IMG/VR virus record: IMGVR_UViG_3300010885_037795
Span: 1-64,000 of that record
Length of the DNA: 64,000 bases
From: an uncultured virus (IMG/VR IMGVR_UViG_3300010885_037795)
Taxonomy: Duplodnaviria; Heunggongvirae; Uroviricota; Caudoviricetes
Direction: 5' to 3' (one strand)
Shown in pieces: positions 57,594 to 64,000 of this stretch; position 1 is the first letter of the stretch; every line of letters begins with the position of its first letter. The notes under the pieces are model-generated. The model was not told the origin of the DNA. It made no database searches and worked only from the letters and a program-made list of their open reading frames with translations. The position numbers and the translations under genes are program-made.

Positions 57594-58351
57594 TATTATT
57601 AAGTTCTGGCGATAGCTTTACATATGGCAACGAGCTCAGTGATGACAACCCTGCACGTGCTAGTAACAACACATGGTCGGCGAACCTAGCAAAACATTTT
57701 GGGTTTGAGCACCAGTGTGTGGCCAAAGGCGGCGCCGGCAACGACTATATTTCTAGATCACTCATAACACAGGCCAATGAACTTCGTAAAAAAAGCAAAC
57801 AGTTTGCAGTAGCGGTAATGTGGACCTATCCTGGACGCATTGAATTAAAAGTTCAGTCCGAGTGGCACCAACTAAACGATTATGTATTTTGGGATTCGAC
57901 TGAAAAACTACAAGCACAGTGGCCCGATAAAGGTGAAAAATTTTATGCATCAATACTAGACAGAATTCAAAAAGACCGAGAAGCAAATCGATTGGATTTG
58001 TTCAGAGACTATATGAAATTTACGGTGTTAACTGGTGACTATGCAATAGTAAAATCTTATCAAAGTATATTTGTTACCGCACAATATCTAATGCATCATG
58101 AAATTCCTTTCTTTTTTGTAAATGCAGTTGACGAGGCAAACATCACTGGAAATTACATACCTCAGGACAGTTTGCCTTACCTGGACAGCATTGACCAGCA
58201 AGACTGGATGCCTGTTCCTAGTTTCTATTCCTGGGCAAAAGAAAATAATTATAAATTTGGGTCAGCACACCCATTGGATCGAGCACACACAGATTACGCT
58301 AAACTGATACTAGCTACAGGATTGGTAGAAACAAAATGGCAATTAAAGTAG
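57590..58351 (+). CDS. SGNH/GDSL-like hydrolase or acyltransferase
   Basis: Block I GDSFTYG, block II GAGN, C-terminal HP...H. Confidence 0.75.
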   Translation: MILLSSGDSFTYGNELSDDNPARASNNTWSANLAKHFGFEHQCVAKGGAGNDYISRSLITQANELRKKSKQFAVAVMWTYPGRIELKVQSEWHQLNDYVFWDSTEKLQAQWPDKGEKFYASILDRIQKDREANRLDLFRDYMKFTVLTGDYAIVKSYQSIFVTAQYLMHHEIPFFFVNAVDEANITGNYIPQDSLPYLDSIDQQDWMPVPSFYSWAKENNYKFGSAHPLDRAHTDYAKLILATGLVETKWQLK

Positions 58352-59430
58352 TATTACGAAACCCATTGGATCAGCAAGATCTAATAGACTATGACATTGT
58401 GCCCGATGACACATTGTTGGCACATGACTGGCAACAGGCACTAAAAGAACTGTTAGTGCAAGGTCGCATGCTGGAAAAGAACTTTTGTTTTCTCGGCTTT
58501 CCTGGCACTGCACGTACACTTGATTACATCTGCAAAGAATTAAACGAATGCGTGTACGATGTCAATGCTATGGATTGGCAGTCAGTTGGACTTGCACCGT
58601 ATATAATTGAAGAGTGGTTCACACCTGACTCAGTTAGATTTGGTTTAGAATATCCCTGTGAGCTAACCGATACCAGCCTAGGATTATCAGTCAAACACGA
58701 AGTAATGAACAAACTGCACAATCATTTTGAGAGACTTCAAGGCACTGTATGGTCACCTAGTGAGTATTATACTCAGGCCACTCCAACTGTTAAGTATGCA
58801 ATTAGACAACTCAACACACTGTGCCATGAAATTGAATCTCTGGTGCTGAGCCAACGCAAGGCATATCGTTTGCCAGAATGGGTACGCCCAAGCCAAATTA
58901 CTACGTTTATCAGCGCACCAAGATACGATCTTAAAGATCGGCATCGTGAAGGATTTGTTACCAATGGATATGACAGAAAATTTGGACATGTGTACATGCA
59001 CTGGGCACAAATTGGCAAAACACTGTTTGAAGTATTTCGTGATGAGCATGCACCAGAACTAACTGATACTGTATGTGAAGCAATCACTCAATTGAAATAC
59101 TATTCCGGTGAATTTGACATTGAATGGGGACGAGATGTAGTACGTACAGGCGACTTTCCGTGGCACGTGGAAGAACAGGATCGTTTTGAAAAATGGTTGA
59201 TACAAAACAACATAGATCCAAAAAATCCTGCAATGAGCTCAGGATATTTGCCATTGGGACAGGTAGAATTACAACAGAGTTTTGGCACAACCGATATTGG
59301 CACCATTTGGCAAATACTCAGCACACACCTGGATATATACAGTATCGAGGTAGACGGAGTTGTTCAAACATATGATTACTGTTGGAGCGATACTGACTAC
59401 AAGCAGTCGCAGATCAGGAGACTACTATGA
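58336..59430 (+). CDS. Hypothetical protein
   Basis: 364-aa ORF overlapping its neighbours; LHNHFE and CHEIE segments; no family recognised. Confidence 0.8.
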   Translation: MAIKVVLRNPLDQQDLIDYDIVPDDTLLAHDWQQALKELLVQGRMLEKNFCFLGFPGTARTLDYICKELNECVYDVNAMDWQSVGLAPYIIEEWFTPDSVRFGLEYPCELTDTSLGLSVKHEVMNKLHNHFERLQGTVWSPSEYYTQATPTVKYAIRQLNTLCHEIESLVLSQRKAYRLPEWVRPSQITTFISAPRYDLKDRHREGFVTNGYDRKFGHVYMHWAQIGKTLFEVFRDEHAPELTDTVCEAITQLKYYSGEFDIEWGRDVVRTGDFPWHVEEQDRFEKWLIQNNIDPKNPAMSSGYLPLGQVELQQSFGTTDIGTIWQILSTHLDIYSIEVDGVVQTYDYCWSDTDYKQSQIRRLL

Positions 59431-59525
59431 GTTGGCTTAAAAAAATATACAACAGAATTAAAATGGAAATTGCTTATCGCAAGCGATTAAAAGAGTTGCG
59501 TAAACGAGATCCATTTATCTACTGA
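59427..59525 (+). CDS. Small basic 32-aa protein MSWLKKIYNRIKMEIAYRKRLKELRKRDPFIY (absent from the ORF track)
   Basis: ATGA overlap with the upstream stop, CAGGAG ribosome-binding site, and its stop lies 1 nt before the next ATG, exactly filling the gap. Confidence 0.8.
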   Translation: MSWLKKIYNRIKMEIAYRKRLKELRKRDPFIY

Positions 59526-59526
59526 C

Positions 59527-60219
59527 ATGAAAAAAATACTTGTTCTAGCCTGTAGTAGCGGATTGGGCGTCGAATGCGAAGATGTAATCAATCATTGCTG
59601 GCCCAACATACTAGGAGACCTTACTAACACCGCAGTAACCAATGCCTCTGAAGCTGGCGGTAGCAATGACATGATGTATCGCAAAGCACTGTCAATGACT
59701 GCAACTGAATCGTATGACCTGGTATTGATTGCATGGACAAACATTGATCGCATGGAAGTGTATTTTAACGAAGAGATTGTGTCTAATAGATTACCTGACG
59801 TACTAATCAGTGAAAAATTTCCTCGTGTGCAAGGACCTGGGCCAGTCAGTGTGTCTCATCATTGGAGTGACTTGCCTTGGATTGAAAAATACTATGGCAT
59901 GCACTATAATGAACGTTACTTACTAGAGCGATGGTTGCACCAAGCAATCACACTTCAAGAATATTTCAAAGCCAAAAAACAGCCATTTGCTTACATATCA
60001 AACTTTGGAAACACTCAGTATCTAAAAAATCATACAGACATTCCTATGTTAAAGATGCTGGATGTAAAATCTTGGATTGGTAACTGGCCTGGGTCAACTT
60101 TACGCGACTGGGGTGCACCAATTGGCGTACACAAATATGGTCATTTTACGTTAGACGCACATAAATTTATTGCAGAAAAAATACATGAGCATATTAGGAA
60201 TCGCGGCTGGCTTTCATGA
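59527..60219 (+). CDS. Divergent SGNH-like protein
   Basis: LVLACSSGLG (block I-like), WP..L, N.S.AGGSN, WT..DR.E and C-terminal GHF...H; parallels 57590. Confidence 0.65.
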   Translation: MKKILVLACSSGLGVECEDVINHCWPNILGDLTNTAVTNASEAGGSNDMMYRKALSMTATESYDLVLIAWTNIDRMEVYFNEEIVSNRLPDVLISEKFPRVQGPGPVSVSHHWSDLPWIEKYYGMHYNERYLLERWLHQAITLQEYFKAKKQPFAYISNFGNTQYLKNHTDIPMLKMLDVKSWIGNWPGSTLRDWGAPIGVHKYGHFTLDAHKFIAEKIHEHIRNRGWLS

Positions 60220-61666
60220 TGCCGCACTAGCGGTAATTGACAAGCATGGGGACATTGTATTTGCTGGACACAGTGAGCGTTACAGCAAAATCAAACACGA
60301 CAAAAATTTATCGCCAGGCTTGATTGCCGAAGTATGCAAATTTGATATACATGAAATAGCATATTATGAACGTCCTTGGGCACAACAGTTGCGTAGATTG
60401 TACACCGGCGAAGGAGTAGAGTGGAACAAGCTCACAGTCCGGCAGATATTAAAAAAACAAATTAACGAGTTCAGTGCATTCTCTGGACCAGTAGTAGCAT
60501 ATCCGCATCATCTGAGTCATGCGGCAGCAGGATTTCAAACAAGCCCATTTACCCGTGCCACAGTGGTTGTGATAGACGCTGTAGGTGAATGGGACACAAT
60601 AACCATCTGGGGCGCAGAATACGATCGCAATGGACACGCACAGTACAAGAAGTTATGGCAACAAGGTTACCCGCATAGTATAGGATTGTTCTACAGTGCA
60701 ATGACCCAGCGAGTAGGGTTGAAGCCCCTGGACGAAGAATACATTTTGATGGGCATGGCAGCGTATGGTGAGCGTGGCTTTGGTGACCTATTAAAAATGG
60801 ACATGATAGAATCAGAATTTGACATTCGATTCAAACACAATCTACACACTGGTATAGATAAAAAATATCTAGCCTACATCAGTGACTTTGATATAGCTGC
60901 CGGCGCACAAGATCTTGTGGAAACACTCATACTCAATGTTATGCTACGTGCTAAGAAGTTTGGGTGGAGTAGCAATCTGGTGTACGGTGGAGGTGTTGCG
61001 CTCAACTGTGCCGCCAATAGATTTTTAGGAGAATATTTTGATAACATTTGGATTATGCCTTGTCCTGGTGATGCTGGTTCTAGTCTGGGGGCCGCCGCTG
61101 TTAGTTTCCGTGGTTGTATTAATTGGACTGATGCTTGTCTTGGGCATGATATACCTGGCGACTATCCTGTTAATGATGCCGTGGCTGCTCTTTTGCGTGG
61201 TGATATTATTGGTGTGGCGAGCGGTCGAGCCGAGTTCGGCCCGAGAGCGTTGGGAAACAGAAGTCTCCTCGCAGACCCAAGAGGAACAGAAATCAAAGAC
61301 AAAGTAAATGAAATCAAACGTAGACAAAAGTTTAGACCCTTTGCACCCGTTGTATTGGAAGAGATGGCTGATCAGTATTTTACTATGCCTCGCGGGTGGG
61401 ATCGCAGTCGGTACATGCAGTCAGTCGCTGACTGTAGGCATCCTGAGTTATTTCCTGCTATTGTTCACGCTGACGGAACTAGTCGTGTTCAGACCGTACC
61501 GAAAGATGGAAGCGGAATTAGAGAGCTCCTTGAAAAATGGTTCGTGTTAACTGATTGTCCTATGTTGCTAAACACCAGCCTAAACATACGTGGCGAACCT
61601 ATGGTCAATGATCGTGCTGACGCAGACCGCTTTGAAAAGTTATATGGCATAAAGGTCTACAGTTAA
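60185..61666 (+). CDS. O-carbamoyltransferase (NodU/CmcH/TobZ family)
   Basis: HDAA, ERYSKIKHD, HHLSHAA, DAVGE, GGVALNC, GDAG, EFGPRALGNRS, RPFAP, HADGTSRVQTV and LNTSLN..GEP motifs; ATG at 60185. Confidence 0.95.
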   Translation: MSILGIAAGFHDAALAVIDKHGDIVFAGHSERYSKIKHDKNLSPGLIAEVCKFDIHEIAYYERPWAQQLRRLYTGEGVEWNKLTVRQILKKQINEFSAFSGPVVAYPHHLSHAAAGFQTSPFTRATVVVIDAVGEWDTITIWGAEYDRNGHAQYKKLWQQGYPHSIGLFYSAMTQRVGLKPLDEEYILMGMAAYGERGFGDLLKMDMIESEFDIRFKHNLHTGIDKKYLAYISDFDIAAGAQDLVETLILNVMLRAKKFGWSSNLVYGGGVALNCAANRFLGEYFDNIWIMPCPGDAGSSLGAAAVSFRGCINWTDACLGHDIPGDYPVNDAVAALLRGDIIGVASGRAEFGPRALGNRSLLADPRGTEIKDKVNEIKRRQKFRPFAPVVLEEMADQYFTMPRGWDRSRYMQSVADCRHPELFPAIVHADGTSRVQTVPKDGSGIRELLEKWFVLTDCPMLLNTSLNIRGEPMVNDRADADRFEKLYGIKVYS

Positions 61667-63672
61667 TGTATGATGTATTTTATACCGGCACAGCACCTGG
61701 CGTGTTTGCACACGAACGCAGTGCCAACAACATTGAACACGCACAGCAACTGAGTCGTACACGTTACTTCTGGTGGGTAACTGCACATTGTGACTACACC
61801 GACTTTGATTTTTACTTCACACCTGTACCTTGGCAAGGAGACTTCACGCATGTATGGCCCACACAATGGAAAGAGTTCTTTGGTGCATACCTTGTGCCCA
61901 CCAACAGTAAACAACTAAACTATCACCACCACAGTGAAGTGTTACCTCCGCGGCAGCATCCAGAGCACTATACAAAACTAATCAACTGCGAGTTTGATAC
62001 TGAGTGGGTTCCGCATCCTTGGGACCCACCTTACATCTATGTGTTTGGTAACCAGTGGTACCCAGCAGAGAAAATGCCCACTGTTGAATATCATGCGCCG
62101 GGTGCAACTGAGCGCAAGTTCATGCCGTGGCCACGTGCGCAACTGGTTCCTGACACTACATTATGGACAGTGCCAGAAGGCATTGATCCCGGCGACGTGG
62201 ATTTTTCATGGGTGCCCGATCCGGGCTCACCTCCATATATCTATCAGTTTGCCACACAGCATCAGAAAACAGGTGGCCCACAATATCGTATGCCCGGTGC
62301 AACTGAAGTAAAGTATGTGGAACAAGTAAAGGTACGCACCAGTCGTGTGGCTACAGCCGTTTATGAAATTGATCACAGTGACGGCAACACCGGGTATGTT
62401 CCAAACATTACTCGACGTATTCGATTCTTTGACAACTACAAGGACACACTGATACGTCTGGCAACCAGTATAGGCGATGAACATGACTTTGTGTGGATAT
62501 GTAGCAGTGCGTGTGACTACACAAACTTTGACTTCACATGGCACCCAGAACAATGGCAAGCTACTATGTTGCATGTGTTCCCAAGCAACGACCAAAAGTT
62601 TGGAGACACATTCTTCATGCATGTGCCCACCTTTAGAGCACGTGCTGAACAGTACGAATTGTTAGATTGGTATGACCTAAACTTCTGCACCGACCAGTTA
62701 GTGCCACGCAGACCATTTCCATGTGTTGAATATTCTGGATCCAGTGTTGTACCAGTTATTCGCGAGCATGAGTTTTTGGCCCCGTATACGTTATTTCAGC
62801 ATACCTTGTACAGTTCAACACAAGTACATGCTAGTCCGAGCCTGTGGAGTAAAAAACACCGTGAACTGATTACATTTAGCGCAGGAAACAGCGCCGCACT
62901 AGTGCCTAAAGATGTAAAACAACACCTTGAGACACAGGTTTATGACTACCCTTGGATCAAGAAAAGTAACGATCGCTTGCCCGAACTGCCACAAGACATT
63001 GTGTTTATCAGTTACGATGAATTGAATGCAGATCAAAACTATCACAATCTTGTGAGCCGTTTTTCAAATGCCAAACGAGTACACGGTGTTGAAGGAATGG
63101 TTGCGGCACTAGAAGCAGCCGCACGTGCTAGCACAACTGATTGGTTCTATGCAGTGTTTGCCAAGACACAGGTACATGAGTCATTTGTGTTTGACTTTGC
63201 ACCAGATCGTTTCCAACAACCCAAGCATTACATATTCTATGCTATCAATGCAGTGAATGATCTAGTGTATGGAGAAATGGGCATCATCTTATACAACCGT
63301 CAAATGGTACTGGACGGTCCTGCTGAACTGGGCATTGACTATACCATGAGCTTTCCAAATGAAACCATACCGCAAATCAGTGCTTACGGTAACTTCAACA
63401 CAGATCCATATCAGACCTGGCGTACTGCATTCCGTGAAACTGCAAAACTATGTTTGTTCCAGTATCAGACACCCAGCGTGGAAACAGAACACAGACTTGG
63501 TACATGGTTGTCACACGCACGTGGTGCGCATGCTGAGTGGGCATTGCGTGGTGCGCAGGACGGAAAACAATTCTTTGAAGAAGTAGGTGCAGACGAAGCG
63601 CAACTAAAAGCAATGTTTAGTTGGAAATGGTTACGTGAACGCTACTGTAGTCTTTACGAAAAAACTTCTTGA
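61666..63672 (+). CDS. Multi-module glycosyltransferase-like protein
   Basis: C-terminal domain paralogous to 49162 (DIVFISYDE, KRVHGVEG, NDLVYG, WRTAFRETAK); upstream repeated CDY..FDF...P..WQ modules. Confidence 0.65.
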   Translation: MYDVFYTGTAPGVFAHERSANNIEHAQQLSRTRYFWWVTAHCDYTDFDFYFTPVPWQGDFTHVWPTQWKEFFGAYLVPTNSKQLNYHHHSEVLPPRQHPEHYTKLINCEFDTEWVPHPWDPPYIYVFGNQWYPAEKMPTVEYHAPGATERKFMPWPRAQLVPDTTLWTVPEGIDPGDVDFSWVPDPGSPPYIYQFATQHQKTGGPQYRMPGATEVKYVEQVKVRTSRVATAVYEIDHSDGNTGYVPNITRRIRFFDNYKDTLIRLATSIGDEHDFVWICSSACDYTNFDFTWHPEQWQATMLHVFPSNDQKFGDTFFMHVPTFRARAEQYELLDWYDLNFCTDQLVPRRPFPCVEYSGSSVVPVIREHEFLAPYTLFQHTLYSSTQVHASPSLWSKKHRELITFSAGNSAALVPKDVKQHLETQVYDYPWIKKSNDRLPELPQDIVFISYDELNADQNYHNLVSRFSNAKRVHGVEGMVAALEAAARASTTDWFYAVFAKTQVHESFVFDFAPDRFQQPKHYIFYAINAVNDLVYGEMGIILYNRQMVLDGPAELGIDYTMSFPNETIPQISAYGNFNTDPYQTWRTAFRETAKLCLFQYQTPSVETEHRLGTWLSHARGAHAEWALRGAQDGKQFFEEVGADEAQLKAMFSWKWLRERYCSLYEKTS

Positions 63673-64000
63673 TATAGTCGCACACAGAAATCACATCACG
63701 GTGGCTCATTTGTGCATGTACAGGCAAACTCAAGCAACTGGCAGCTAGGTTTTCACTCACTGGTAAACTGAGATTGGTTAGGTATACCGGCTGTTGATGC
63801 ATGGCACGTGGAAACTGTATGCCTGTTTCTACGCCATGGTATGCCAGATACTGTTTCAATTCATCACGTTCATTGGTAGTGATCACAAACTGATTGTACA
63901 CATGACTGCTCACAGGGTTAGTTGCTGGCAAATCAATTTCTGTCACAAATGCCAGCTCTCCGCGATATACACTGGCATGCTCTTGCCTACGTAGATTCCA
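63617..64000 (-). CDS. DegT/DnrJ/EryC1/StrS aminotransferase, 3' part (truncated by the window edge)
   Basis: Frame open to 64000: WNLRRQEHASVY...HVYNQFVI...RDELKQYL...GVETGIQFP..MH.QP.Y...LSLPVH. Confidence 0.85.
   Translation of the reverse strand, partial: WNLRRQEHASVYRGELAFVTEIDLPATNPVSSHVYNQFVITTNERDELKQYLAYHGVETGIQFPRAMHQQPVYLTNLSLPVSENLAASCLSLPVHAQMSHRDVISVCDYIKKFFRKDYSSVHVTISN

Noticed and set aside
1..64000. Stop-codon reassignment
   Set aside because: Genes are full length in the standard code, and TAA, TGA and TAG all occur as stops at coupled gene junctions.

Overview
A 64 kb segment of a large T4-like (contractile-tailed) bacteriophage genome, densely coding in the standard genetic code. 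Left arm (minus strand, 1-8481): late sigma factor gp55, the gp47/gp46 (Mre11/Rad50-like) nuclease pair, three radical SAM genes (one with a B12-binding-like N-terminus), a stand-alone GIY-YIG protein, and a strongly structured non-coding region running off the window edge. Centre (plus strand, 8549-46833): baseplate and tail morphogenesis genes (tube-initiator-like, gp53-like, hub, gp5 with a C-terminal lysozyme-like domain, gp25, gp6, a 5715-aa gp7-like protein, and two paralogous fibre plus glycine-rich tip modules), preceded by T4-type late promoter motifs (NTAAATA). Right (46877-64000): a ~17 kb translationally coupled cluster behind a late promoter motif, with four glycosyltransferase-like genes, six tandem radical SAM enzymes (one split by two single-base frameshifts), two SGNH-like proteins, an unannotated 32-aa peptide, a NodU/CmcH carbamoyltransferase and a convergent DegT-family aminotransferase. 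The best candidates for an undescribed system are (i) this cluster as a virion-surface glycan or modification pathway and (ii) the structured RNA directly downstream of the GIY-YIG gene. All family calls come from motifs recognised by eye; no database search or folding program was run.
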